Origin: Planctomycetota bacterium
GTDB lineage: Bacteria > Planctomycetota > PLA2 > JAEUHO01
Reading direction: 5' to 3'
Assembly (NCBI GenBank): GCA_050248855.1
Contig: JBFWRP010000005.1
Location: 96,001 to 160,000, forward strand
Length of the DNA: 64,000 bases
A model generated the notes under the pieces. That model had not been told where the DNA came from and searched no databases. It saw only the letters and a program-made list of their open reading frames with translations. The stretch's first letter is position 1. Every line of letters starts with the position of its first letter. Positions 30,088-39,538 of this stretch are shown in pieces. The translations under genes were made by a program, and so were the position numbers.

Positions 30088-31773
30088 ATGAGCGACGCCA
30101 CATCCGATGCGGCCCGTTGGCGGCGGGAGACCTACGACCCCGCGGTGGCGCGCCATGCCGAACGGCGCGCGTCCTTCGAGACGTCGTCGGGCATCGAGCT
30201 GGACCCCGTCTACGCGCCCGATCCCGTGCCGGGATCGCTCGGCTGGCCCGGCGAGCCGCCGTTCACGCGAGGCGTACAGCCCACGATGTACCGGGGTCGC
30301 CTGTGGACGATGCGCCAGTACGCCGGGTTCGCCACGGCCGCGGCCAGCAACGAGCGCTACCGGGCGCTCTTGGCCCAGGGCACGACGGGCTTGTCCGTGG
30401 CCTTCGACTTGCCCACCCAGATCGGCTACGACCCGGATCACCCGCTGGCCTCGGGCGAGGTAGGTCGCGTCGGCGTCTCGATCGCCACGCTGGAGGACAT
30501 GGAGACGCTCTTGGCGGGCATCCCGCTCGATCGCGTCAGCGTGTCCATGACGATCAACTCCACGGCCATCGTCCTCTTGGCGCTGCTCGTGGCCGTCGCC
30601 AAGCGCCAGGGCGTCGACCCGTCGCGCGTGCGCGGCACCGTGCAGAACGACCTGTTCAAGGAGTTCGTCGCGCGCGGCACGCAGCGGCTGCCCGTCCGGC
30701 CCAGCTTGCGCCTCGTGACGGACGTCATCGAGCACGCCACGCGGCACCTGCCCAAGCTCAACCCGGTCAGCATCAGCGGCTACCACATCCGCGAAGCGGG
30801 CTCGACCGCCGTCGAGGAAGTCGCCTTCACGCTGGCACACGGCATCGGCTACGTGGAGCAAGCCCTGGCACGAGGGCTCGACGTCGACGACTTCGCGCCG
30901 CGCCTCTCGTTCTTCTTCAACGCGCACAACCACCTGTTCGAGGAGGTCGCCAAGTTCCGCGCAGCGCGCCGGCTATGGGCTTCGATCATGGCGGACCGCT
31001 TCGGCGCCAAGGACCCCGCCAGCCTCATGCTGCGCTTCCATACGCAGACGGGGGGCAGCACGCTGCAGGCGCGCCAGGTGGACGTGAACGTGGTGCGCGT
31101 CACCGTGCAAGCGCTGGCTGCCGTCTTGGGCGGCACGCAGTCGCTGCACACCAACGGCCGCGACGAGGCCCTCGCGCTGCCCTCCGAGGAGAGCGCCGTG
31201 CTGGCCCTGCGCACGCAGCAGGTGCTCGGCTACGAGAGCGGCGTGACGGACGTGGTCGACCCGCTGGGTGGCTCCCCCTACGTCGAGCGCCTGACCGACG
31301 AGATCGAAGCGCGCGCGCGGGCCTGGATCGCCCGGATCGACGCCGCCGGGGGCACGATCGCCGCCGTGGAGGCGGGGATCCCGCAGCGCGCCATCGAGGC
31401 GAGCGCGTACGAAGCGCAGCGGCGCATCGAGTCGGGCGCCGACGTGGTGGTCGGCGTCAACCGGTTCGCAAGCGACGACGAAGCCGCGCCCGAGCTGTTC
31501 CGGATCGACCCCGCGCTCGAAACCGAGGCGTGCGAACGCGTGCGGGCCTGGCGCGCGCGGCGCGATGCCGGCGCGTGCGCCGCGGCCCTCGGTGCCTTGG
31601 CCGCCGCCGCGGCCGACGAGGGGATCAACGTGTTCCCCGCGGTGCTTGCGGCCGTCGAGGCGGGAGCCACGGTCGGCGAAGTGCTGCAGGTCTTCGAGGA
31701 CCGTTACGGGACGTTCCTGGCCCCGCGGCCCGTGGAGGTCGTCGCGGGCTCGCCGAAACGCTCGACGATCTGA
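30088..31773 (+). CDS. Methylmalonyl-CoA mutase, substrate-binding (large) subunit without a B12 domain
   Basis: [30 protein letters not shown] and GGTQSLHTN motifs; no DxHxxG B12-binding domain. Confidence 0.93.
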   Translation: MSDATSDAARWRRETYDPAVARHAERRASFETSSGIELDPVYAPDPVPGSLGWPGEPPFTRGVQPTMYRGRLWTMRQYAGFATAAASNERYRALLAQGTTGLSVAFDLPTQIGYDPDHPLASGEVGRVGVSIATLEDMETLLAGIPLDRVSVSMTINSTAIVLLALLVAVAKRQGVDPSRVRGTVQNDLFKEFVARGTQRLPVRPSLRLVTDVIEHATRHLPKLNPVSISGYHIREAGSTAVEEVAFTLAHGIGYVEQALARGLDVDDFAPRLSFFFNAHNHLFEEVAKFRAARRLWASIMADRFGAKDPASLMLRFHTQTGGSTLQARQVDVNVVRVTVQALAAVLGGTQSLHTNGRDEALALPSEESAVLALRTQQVLGYESGVTDVVDPLGGSPYVERLTDEIEARARAWIARIDAAGGTIAAVEAGIPQRAIEASAYEAQRRIESGADVVVGVNRFASDDEAAPELFRIDPALETEACERVRAWRARRDAGACAAALGALAAAAADEGINVFPAVLAAVEAGATVGEVLQVFEDRYGTFLAPRPVEVVAGSPKRSTI

Positions 31774-31892
31774 CGCGCGGCCGGGCACGAGCGCGCCCCG
31801 CAGCAGGTCTTCGCCCGGCGACGCCGCACGTAGCGCACCGCCAAGCCGGTCACGGCCGCCGCGACGATCGCCAGGGCGAGGACTTCCTGCAC
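31704..31892 (-). CDS. FeoB-associated small Cys-rich membrane protein
   Basis: One TM helix followed by CCG-x3-CP, directly downstream of feoB. Confidence 0.7.
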   Translation of the reverse strand: MQEVLALAIVAAAVTGLAVRYVRRRRAKTCCGARSCPAARQIVERFGEPATTSTGRGARNVP

Positions 31893-31896
31893 GGCC

Positions 31897-34068
31897 TCAG
31901 CCCCCCCATCCGAGCGCTCGACCGCCCTGGTAGACGATGAGGCTCCCGAGGTACGCTGCGACGGTCATGTAGCCGAACATGAAGAGCGGCCAACGCCACG
32001 TCCCCGTCTCGCGCTTCACGACGGCCAACGTGGACATGCATTGGCAAGCCAAGACGAAGAACACCATCACGGACAGGGCCGTCAGCCACGAGTAGGTCGG
32101 CGACCCGTCCGGTCGTCGGTCGGCCTTCAGGCGGTCGCGCAGCGGCACGGACTCCTCGTCGGCATCCGCGCCCACGCTGTAGACGATGCCCAAGGTGGAC
32201 ACGAGCACCTCGCGCGCGGCGAAGGACGCAACGAGCCCCACACCGAGGCGCCAGTCGAAACCCAGGGGCTCGATCGCGGGCTCGATGGCCTTGCCCATGC
32301 GCCCCATGACGCTCTGTTCCATCTGCGCGCCGACCGCCCAGGCCTCGACCGCCTCGCTGTCTTCGCCGGCTTCGATGCGGGCGTCGGCCTCCTGGCGGAC
32401 CGACTCGCTGCGCGGGAAGTAGGCAAGCGCCCAGAGCACGATCGAGAAGGCCAGGATGATCGTTCCCGCCTGGGTCACGAACACCTTGCCGCGCGAGATC
32501 ACGGTGGCGAGCACCTGGCTCGGCGCAGGCACGCGGTACGCGGGAAGCTCCATCACGTACGTGCTGGCCTCACCGCGGAACAGGGTGGCGCGCAAGATCC
32601 ACGCGGCCACCAGCGCTGCCGAGACCGACAGCACGTACATGCCGAGCAGCGCCCAGCCCCCATACGCCGCGGGGATGAACGCACCGATCATCAAGGCGTA
32701 CACGGGAAGGCGTGCGCTGCACGACATGAACGGCGCCACCAGGATCGTGACCAGCCGATCGCGGCGGCTCTCGATGGTACGGGCCGCCATGATCCCGGGA
32801 ATCGCACACGCAAACGAGGAGAGCAGGGGAACGAACGACTTGCCGCTCAGCCCCACGCCGCGCATGACCCGGTCGATGAGGAAGGCCGCGCGGGCCAGGT
32901 AGCCGACGTCCTCGAGGATCGCGAGGAAGAGGAACAACAGGCAGATCTGGGGCAGGAACACGACGACCGCGCCCACGCCGGCGATCACGCCATCGAGGAT
33001 CAAGTCGCGCAGCATGCCTTCCGCCATCCAGCCGCCGACGAGCTCCTGCAGCCAGACTTGTCCCTCCTCGATGTACTCGGTGAGTGGCCCCGACCACGTG
33101 AAGAGCGTCTGGAAGATCAACCCCATGATGGCGAGGAAGACCAGGGGCCCGACGAACGGATGGGTCAGGACACGATCCACGCGCTCCGAGAGGTGCGGGC
33201 CCGGCCCCGTCTTCGGGCGCGCCGCCGCCAGGACGTCGCGTGCGTAGGTGTAGCGGGACTCGGCCTCGACGGCCTCGCGATCCACGCCGGCGGCGTCGAG
33301 CCTGGCACGCGCCGCCTCGACGCGCGCGGCGACCTCGGGCCCCGCGGCGCGCAGATCGGGGTCGTTCGGGCGCGCGTGCAGCACCAGACGCAAGGCCTCG
33401 CCCGCCCGGGCCAGCGGGGGCAGCTCCGGGCGCGTGGCCAAGGCGAGGGCCACGTCGTCCACCGCGGCCTGGGCGACCTCCGGCAGGCGGAAGGGACGCG
33501 GGCGTACGGTTGCATCGCCGAGGCGCGCCGTCAGCGCGGCGAGCCCGGTGCCGGTGCGGGCGTGCACCGCCACGACGGGCACGCGGAGCTGGGCCTCCAG
33601 CGCGCCGGCATCCACGTCGCTGCCGCGGCGCTCGGCAATGTCGCTCATCGTGAGGGCGACGATGATCGGCAGCCCGACCTCGAACATCTGGGTCAAGAAG
33701 AAGAGGCTGCGCTCGAGGCTGGCCGCGTCGACCACCACGATCACGATGTCGGGCCGCGGCGTGCCCGCGGCCCGCCCGAGCAAGGCGTCGCGCGCGACCC
33801 GCTCGTCCTCGCTGCGCGCGAACAAGCTGTACGTGCCCGGCAGGTCCAGCACGTCGGCCGCGCGACCGTCGGGCAAGCGCATCGAGCCCATCACGCGCTC
33901 GACGGTGACGCCGGGGAAGTTGGCGACCTTGCGCTTGAGGCCCGTCAGCAGGTTGAAGAGCGAGGTCTTGCCGCTGTTGGGGTTGCCCGCGAGCGCGACC
34001 ACGGGGCGCTCGGCGTTGGCGAAGGTGCGGCCCGCCACCTGAGCCGGGGGGGTCTGGACGTCGGACAT
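31897..34068 (-). CDS. feoB: Ferrous iron transporter B
   Basis: GNPNSGKT, NFPGVTVE, DLPGTYSL, PFMSCSARL and FAAREV motifs. Confidence 0.97.
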   Translation of the reverse strand: MSDVQTPPAQVAGRTFANAERPVVALAGNPNSGKTSLFNLLTGLKRKVANFPGVTVERVMGSMRLPDGRAADVLDLPGTYSLFARSEDERVARDALLGRAAGTPRPDIVIVVVDAASLERSLFFLTQMFEVGLPIIVALTMSDIAERRGSDVDAGALEAQLRVPVVAVHARTGTGLAALTARLGDATVRPRPFRLPEVAQAAVDDVALALATRPELPPLARAGEALRLVLHARPNDPDLRAAGPEVAARVEAARARLDAAGVDREAVEAESRYTYARDVLAAARPKTGPGPHLSERVDRVLTHPFVGPLVFLAIMGLIFQTLFTWSGPLTEYIEEGQVWLQELVGGWMAEGMLRDLILDGVIAGVGAVVVFLPQICLLFLFLAILEDVGYLARAAFLIDRVMRGVGLSGKSFVPLLSSFACAIPGIMAARTIESRRDRLVTILVAPFMSCSARLPVYALMIGAFIPAAYGGWALLGMYVLSVSAALVAAWILRATLFRGEASTYVMELPAYRVPAPSQVLATVISRGKVFVTQAGTIILAFSIVLWALAYFPRSESVRQEADARIEAGEDSEAVEAWAVGAQMEQSVMGRMGKAIEPAIEPLGFDWRLGVGLVASFAAREVLVSTLGIVYSVGADADEESVPLRDRLKADRRPDGSPTYSWLTALSVMVFFVLACQCMSTLAVVKRETGTWRWPLFMFGYMTVAAYLGSLIVYQGGRALGWGG

Positions 34069-34075
34069 CGCCCGC

Positions 34076-34357
34076 TCACGCCACGGGGAGGACGCGGATG
34101 CCCCGCGCGTCGCTCACGCGGAGCGACAGGTGGTAGCCACAGACCTCGACCTGCAAGGGGTCGCGAAGCGGAGCGCGCCGGACCACGCGGACGCGCACGC
34201 CGGGGACGAACCCCATCTCGTGCAGCCGGAGGCGCAGGGGACCGGCGTCGATGCGGTGCACCGTGGCGACGCGCCCGACGGAGATGTCGGCGAGCGACAC
34301 CTCCGGGGCGCCCACGGCGGGCACGGCGGCAGGCGGCGGGATGACCGTTGGTTCCAT
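34076..34357 (-). CDS. feoA: Ferrous iron transport protein A
   Basis: LRLHEMGFVPG, RRAPLRDP and LSLR motifs; upstream of feoB. Confidence 0.9.
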   Translation of the reverse strand: MEPTVIPPPAAVPAVGAPEVSLADISVGRVATVHRIDAGPLRLRLHEMGFVPGVRVRVVRRAPLRDPLQVEVCGYHLSLRVSDARGIRVLPVA

Positions 34358-34358
34358 C

Positions 34359-34376
34359 TTGCGAATGAGTGTACAA
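34359..34376. promoter_or_regulatory. Candidate Fur-type iron operator
   Basis: AT-rich TTGCGAATGAGTGTACAA between divergent feoA and the di-heme genes; one good half-site of a TTGAGAATnATTCTCAA-like box. Confidence 0.35.
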
Positions 34377-34500
34377 ATCGCCACATGGACCGCCAGCCCG
34401 GAGCCGACCCGGGAATCCGGACCACCACATGCGCGTTCCCGATTGCGTCCGCCGCCTCCGGAGCGGTAAGCCATGTGCCCCTTCCCAGGAGGCTGCCTCC

Positions 34501-35745
34501 GTGAACCCGCGAACCCTGGCCTGGCTGGCGCCCCTGGTGCTCGCCCTACCCCTTGCGGCCTGCGGCGGGGGTGGTGGCGGGGGTACCCCCCAGCAGCCGC
34601 CGGCCCTCGGCGAACCGATCCACGGCCTGAGCACGGACGAGCTGGCCGCGTTCCAGCGCGGCAAGGCCCTGTTCGAGCGCCGCTTCAAGCCCAGCGAGGG
34701 GCTCGGGCCGTTCTACAACACGACGTCGTGCCGAGCCTGCCACAGCACGCCGGCCAGCGGCGGTGGCGCGCACCTCTACCGCAACTTCTTCCTGGCGCGG
34801 TTCGGCGACCCGACCCAGCCCGGTCAGCAGCTCGACTTCCCGACCAACGTGAGCGCCGTGGTTCCCGCCTTCGGACCCACGATTCCGCACACGATCGCCA
34901 CGTTCTCGCTGGAGGGAGGTCGACACCCGATCCCCGCCACGGGCCCGGGTGGTCAACCGCGGCAGCTGGCCCAGCGCAACGGCCTCGCCATGTTCGGCGT
35001 GGGGCTGTTCGAGGGCGTGACGCAAGCCACGTTGCTGTCGCTGGCCGATCCCAACGATGTCGACCAAGACGGCATCAGCGGCCGCATGAACACCGACCTG
35101 GGCTCGGTCGGACGCTTCGGGGTCAAGGCCCAGAGCGCCACGATCGAGCGCTTCACGCGCGCGCCGCTCATGAACCAGCTGGGCATCACGTCCAACCCCA
35201 CGGGGCTCGACAACCTGTCGGTGCTCCAGGTCTCCCAGGACCCGAGCCAGCCCACGATCGACCACGACGCGGCGCCCGACCCGGAGATCCCACCGGACGA
35301 GCTCTTGGATCTGATTGCCTTCACGCGCTTCCTCGCCCCGCCCGCGCCCAAGCCGTTCAGCGCGGCGGCGCTCCGCGGCCGCACGCGGTTCGAGTCCCTG
35401 GGCTGTGCGAAGTGCCACCTGCCGTCGATCCCGTCGGCGAGCGGGGACTTGGCCGCCTTCACGGACCTGCTGCTCCACGACATGGGGCCCGACTTGGCGG
35501 ACCACATCGCCGCTGGCGCCCCCCAGGCCAGCACGATCGACGGTCCCACGACCTTCCACGAGTTCCGCACGGCCCCGCTCTGGGGCGTGTCGCACTCTGG
35601 CCCCTGGCTGCACGATGGTCGTGCCCAGACCTTGGAGGAGGCCATCTTGGCCCACGGCGGTGAAGCCCAGACGGCGCGGGACGACTTTGCCGCGCTTCCG
35701 CTGATCGACCGCGCCGACGTGCTCGCATTCCTGGAGAGCCTGTGA
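34501..35745 (+). CDS. Di-heme oxidoreductase (DHOR) family lipoprotein
   Basis: Lipobox LAAC; EGLGPFYN, CRACH, GRFG, CAKCH, DLLLHDMG, RTAPLWG and HDGRA motifs. Confidence 0.88.
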   Translation: MNPRTLAWLAPLVLALPLAACGGGGGGGTPQQPPALGEPIHGLSTDELAAFQRGKALFERRFKPSEGLGPFYNTTSCRACHSTPASGGGAHLYRNFFLARFGDPTQPGQQLDFPTNVSAVVPAFGPTIPHTIATFSLEGGRHPIPATGPGGQPRQLAQRNGLAMFGVGLFEGVTQATLLSLADPNDVDQDGISGRMNTDLGSVGRFGVKAQSATIERFTRAPLMNQLGITSNPTGLDNLSVLQVSQDPSQPTIDHDAAPDPEIPPDELLDLIAFTRFLAPPAPKPFSAAALRGRTRFESLGCAKCHLPSIPSASGDLAAFTDLLLHDMGPDLADHIAAGAPQASTIDGPTTFHEFRTAPLWGVSHSGPWLHDGRAQTLEEAILAHGGEAQTARDDFAALPLIDRADVLAFLESL

Positions 35746-36974
35746 GCGCCCGCCGCCTTCCCGGTGCCACGCTCGTTGCGTCCGGCGCCTTCGTTGCCCT
35801 TGCCGTGCTCGCTACCGCCGGATGGCTGGTGGCCGCGCCCGGTGCACCTGCCCCGGGCGCCACGCAGGCCGCGATCCCCGGCGACGGGGCCACCGACCAG
35901 CCGATCCTGCCCGTTGGCACGCTGGGCGGGCCCGTGCACGCCCTCTCGCCCGCCGAGGAGGCCACGTTCCGCGCCGGCCGTGCGCTGTTCGACCGCTCGT
36001 TCCACAGGAGCCACGGCTTGGGCGCGCCCGAGTTCAATGCCGACTCGTGCCGCGCGTGTCACCAAGATCCCGTGCTCGGTGGATCGGGGGACCTTGACCT
36101 CAACGTCTCGCGCGCCGGCAACGACAACGGTGGCTCCGGCCCCTTCGCCGACATCACGGGCGGGCAGATCTTCAGCAAGCTCCGAGGGCCCTTCGCGCCA
36201 GGGCGCGAGGAGTACGTCGTCGCCGAGGCCGACGTCTTCGAACAGCGGCAGACGCCGCCGCTCTTCGGCGCGGGCCTCATCGACGCAATCCCCGAGGTCG
36301 AGATCCAGTCCAATGAAGACCCGACGGACAGCGACATGGATGGCGTGTTCGGCGTCGCCCGCGTCGTGATGGTCAACGGACTGCCGGAAGTCGGGCGCTT
36401 CGGCTGGAAGGCGCAGATCCCCCGACTGGACGACTTCTCGCGGGACGGCCTGGCCAACGAGCTGGGCATCACGGCGCCGGACGATGGCCGCGGCTTCGCG
36501 CTCGTCAGCGACGCGGACCCCGTCAGCGACCCGGAGGTCTCGCCCGCCGAGGTGAGCGATCTCACGGCGTTCATCGCGCTGTTGGCGCCGCCGCCGCGCG
36601 GCGGGGCCGGCAACGATCCGATCGTGCTCGAGGGGGAGACCCTGTTCGACACCGTGGGCTGCGCGAAGTGCCACAAGCCGACGCTGCAAGGCCCCACGGG
36701 CCCGGTGCCGCTCTACTCGAACCTCCTGCTCCACGACGTCCATCCGGCGTCGTTCCGCGGCATGGCCGAGCCCGGCGCCCCCTCGGGGATGTACCGCACG
36801 CCGCCGCTCTGGGGCATCTCCAAGACCGCGCCCTACCTGCACGACGGCCGCGCGGAGACGCTCGAGGCCGCGATCCTGGGCCACGACGGCGAGGCCCTGC
36901 TCGTCCGCCAGGCCTACGAGGCCTTGATCCCCTCCGAGAAGACGGCCCTGCTCGCCTTCCTCGCGGACTTGTAG
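35742..36974 (+). CDS. Di-heme oxidoreductase (DHOR) family protein, second paralog
   Basis: CRACH, GRFGWKA, CAKCH, RTPPLWG and YLHDGRA motifs; GTGA overlap with the upstream gene. Confidence 0.88.
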   Translation: MSARRLPGATLVASGAFVALAVLATAGWLVAAPGAPAPGATQAAIPGDGATDQPILPVGTLGGPVHALSPAEEATFRAGRALFDRSFHRSHGLGAPEFNADSCRACHQDPVLGGSGDLDLNVSRAGNDNGGSGPFADITGGQIFSKLRGPFAPGREEYVVAEADVFEQRQTPPLFGAGLIDAIPEVEIQSNEDPTDSDMDGVFGVARVVMVNGLPEVGRFGWKAQIPRLDDFSRDGLANELGITAPDDGRGFALVSDADPVSDPEVSPAEVSDLTAFIALLAPPPRGGAGNDPIVLEGETLFDTVGCAKCHKPTLQGPTGPVPLYSNLLLHDVHPASFRGMAEPGAPSGMYRTPPLWGISKTAPYLHDGRAETLEAAILGHDGEALLVRQAYEALIPSEKTALLAFLADL

Positions 36975-36980
36975 ACGCGC

Positions 36981-37460
36981 GTGCTCACGCAGCGGATGCT
37001 CGGCTTGGCTCTGGCCGTCCTCCTCGCCGGCTGCGGGGGCGGAGGCAGCGGACCGTCCGGCCCGCACGGCGCGGACTTCACGCTGTTCGCGGTGGAGACC
37101 ATCTCGGCCGACGGCAACGCCATTGCGGCCTGGATCGCCGACACGGAGTCGCTTCACGCCCGAGGCCTGATGCAGGCGACGCCGGAGCAGCTCGCCCCGC
37201 TCGGCGACGGGACGCCGCGAGGCATGCTGTTCGTCTTCGCGGCGGACTTCGTGCCGTCGTTCTGGATGCGTGACACCTACGTGGCCCTCGACCTCGCGTA
37301 CATCCGTGCGGACGGCACGATCGCGGAGATCCATGCGCTGGCGCCGCTCGACGAGACGCCCGTGCCGGCGAGCGAGCCCGTGCGCATGGCCTTGGAGGTG
37401 CCGGCCGGTACGCTTGACGACCTCGGCGTCGGCGTGGGCGATCTCGTCCTCAGACCCTGA
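36981..37460 (+). CDS. DUF192 family lipoprotein
   Basis: Lipobox LAGC; ARGLM, GMLFVF, FWMRDT..LD and LEVPAG motifs. Confidence 0.88.
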   Translation: MLTQRMLGLALAVLLAGCGGGGSGPSGPHGADFTLFAVETISADGNAIAAWIADTESLHARGLMQATPEQLAPLGDGTPRGMLFVFAADFVPSFWMRDTYVALDLAYIRADGTIAEIHALAPLDETPVPASEPVRMALEVPAGTLDDLGVGVGDLVLRP

Positions 37461-37471
37461 GCGAGGTCGCC

Positions 37472-38407
37472 ATGTCCATCCCGCTCGGCACGGCTACCCC
37501 ACCGTTCCTGCTGGCCGGCGAGCTCGCCGCGGCGGCCTGTTCGCTCTGCTGGGCGAGCGCCCAGATCGGCTTCGCCGGCATCCGGACCGCCATGACGGGT
37601 TCGGCGCTCAACTTCGGCAAGAACCTCGTGGCCACGACGGCGTTCGCCGTGTTGTTCCTCGTGCGCACGGGCCTGCCGTGGCCCACGGGGCTCGAGCCCT
37701 CGCCCCTGCTCTGGCTGATCGCCAGCGGCGTGGTGGGCCTGGGCATATGCGACGTGTTCCTGATGCAGGCCCTGTTGCGCATCGGGCCGCAGCGCACGAG
37801 CCTGCTGTTCTGTCTCGTGCCCGTGCTCACCGTCGTGCTCTCGGCACTCCCCCCCTTCCACGAGCACCTGACCCTGCTGGCCCTGTCCGGCATGGGTCTC
37901 ACGCTTGGCGGGATCGTCATGGCGATCCTGGAGCGTGGCGGGACGCAGCCCCCGCCGCACGACATGAAGGCCGGGATCCGCGACGCGTTGCTCGCCAGCG
38001 GCTTCCAGGCCGTGGCCATCCTCATGGTCCGCCAGGCCCGCCGCGAGGGCGACATCGACGGCGCCTCCGCCGCCATGGTGCGCCTGGCCTCGGGCACCGC
38101 GGCGCTGGTCGTCTACGGGCTGGCGCGCCGCCGGCTGGGAAGCTGGTGGAGCCAGATCAGCGCGCCGACCACGCGCACGCGGCTCGGCCTCTCCGCGCTG
38201 GTGGGCACCTTCGTCGGCATCTGGCTGAACCAGCTGTCGCTGCAGTGGACGCAGGCCGCGGGCGTAGCGGCCACGCTGCTCGCGCTGCCGCCCGTGTTCC
38301 TCCTGCCCCTGAGCGCGGTGTTCCTCGGCGAACGGCGCGCCGCACCCGCATGGATCGCCACGGGCATCGCCTTCGCGGGCGTCGCCATGATCGCGTTCGG
38401 GCGGTAG
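37472..38407 (+). CDS. DMT/EamA family transporter
   Basis: About 10 TM helices in two repeats; SGVVGLGICD and FLGER motifs. Confidence 0.85.
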   Translation: MSIPLGTATPPFLLAGELAAAACSLCWASAQIGFAGIRTAMTGSALNFGKNLVATTAFAVLFLVRTGLPWPTGLEPSPLLWLIASGVVGLGICDVFLMQALLRIGPQRTSLLFCLVPVLTVVLSALPPFHEHLTLLALSGMGLTLGGIVMAILERGGTQPPPHDMKAGIRDALLASGFQAVAILMVRQARREGDIDGASAAMVRLASGTAALVVYGLARRRLGSWWSQISAPTTRTRLGLSALVGTFVGIWLNQLSLQWTQAAGVAATLLALPPVFLLPLSAVFLGERRAAPAWIATGIAFAGVAMIAFGR

Positions 38408-38423
38408 CCGTTCCGCGCAGGGC

Positions 38424-39479
38424 TCACGCGTTGCGCGAGGACCAGGCCTGGAGCAAGCGCTCGTTCTGCGCCCGCGCGTCGTCGGCCAGCTCGCCCGCCA
38501 TCCAGTGCAGGACGTGCGCGCCCGTCGGCGCCCCCGACGCACCGCCATCCACGAGCCACGTGATGGCGGCGGAGTAGAAGACGGCGACGGTGCTGGGCTC
38601 GGTCACCTCCACGGTGGCCGTCCGCTCGCCAGCCAGCAGGAACGCGATCTGCCCGAACAGGTGGCCCGGCTCGATCCTGCGGTCCACGACGAAGTGGCTG
38701 CCTTCGCTGCGCGCCGTGACGGCGGCCGCGCCGTCGAGCAGGTAGTACGCGCCGTCGGCCACGGCGCCCTGCTCGATGAGCACGGTGCCTGGTTCGCACG
38801 AGCAGATCTCGACGCTGCGGGCAATCGCCTGGAGGGCCGTGTCACCGAGCGCGGCCAGCTCACGCTCCTTGCGCAGCATCTCGATCAAGCGCTGCTCGGC
38901 ATCCTTCGGGGCGCGCTTGCCAAGACCCTTGCCGTGCCGCGGCATCGAGGCCAGCGCCGTCGGCAGCTCGCCCAGGTGGGCCTCCGAGGGCCCAAGCACG
39001 CCGCGTAGGTGCCCGTGGCCGACCGCGTCGGCCTCGAAGCGCACGGCGCTCCCGTCACGCACGCGAAGCGCGATGCGCTGCGCCAGACGCAGCAACAGGC
39101 GCGACGCCGCCCGCGACGGGGATCCGCTCAAGAGCTCGACCAAGCCGGCATGCGTCAAGGCGTAGCCGTCCATGGACTCGACGGCGCGCACGGTGGCCGA
39201 CGCCCGACCAGGGCGGATCACCCCGAGGTCCCCGACCAGACGCAGCGCGTCGCCCTCGCCGAGGTCGATGGTGTGCTCCCCTTCGCCGAGGGAGACCGAG
39301 ACGGCGCCGTCCGGCAGGAGGTACAGCGTGTCGGACTGCTGGCCGTGGCGGATGAGCGTGCTGCCCGCGGCGACGTGGCGCGGCTCGAGCTGTTCCACGA
39401 AGGAGGCGACTTCCTCGGGCTCCAAGTCCTCGAAGAGCCACGGGAAGGCGGTCACGAGGCGGTTGGGGTTGCTGCTCAT
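38424..39479 (-). CDS. Tandem cyclic-nucleotide-binding domain protein with no obvious output domain
   Basis: Two CNB domains: LIRHG..LYLL.DG..VGDLGVIRPGRASATV and LIEQG..YYLLDG..FGQIAFLLAGERTATV. Confidence 0.88.
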   Translation of the reverse strand: MSSNPNRLVTAFPWLFEDLEPEEVASFVEQLEPRHVAAGSTLIRHGQQSDTLYLLPDGAVSVSLGEGEHTIDLGEGDALRLVGDLGVIRPGRASATVRAVESMDGYALTHAGLVELLSGSPSRAASRLLLRLAQRIALRVRDGSAVRFEADAVGHGHLRGVLGPSEAHLGELPTALASMPRHGKGLGKRAPKDAEQRLIEMLRKERELAALGDTALQAIARSVEICSCEPGTVLIEQGAVADGAYYLLDGAAAVTARSEGSHFVVDRRIEPGHLFGQIAFLLAGERTATVEVTEPSTVAVFYSAAITWLVDGGASGAPTGAHVLHWMAGELADDARAQNERLLQAWSSRNA

Positions 39480-39538
39480 CGCGGGTGACCTCCGTGGGTG
39501 GGCCCATCCTATCTATGCTCGTGCGTCACGGAGGCGTC

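Noticed and set aside
30088..31773. Truncated or pseudogene methylmalonyl-CoA mutase
   Set aside because: Split mutases with a separate B12-binding subunit are well known, and the ORF is intact.
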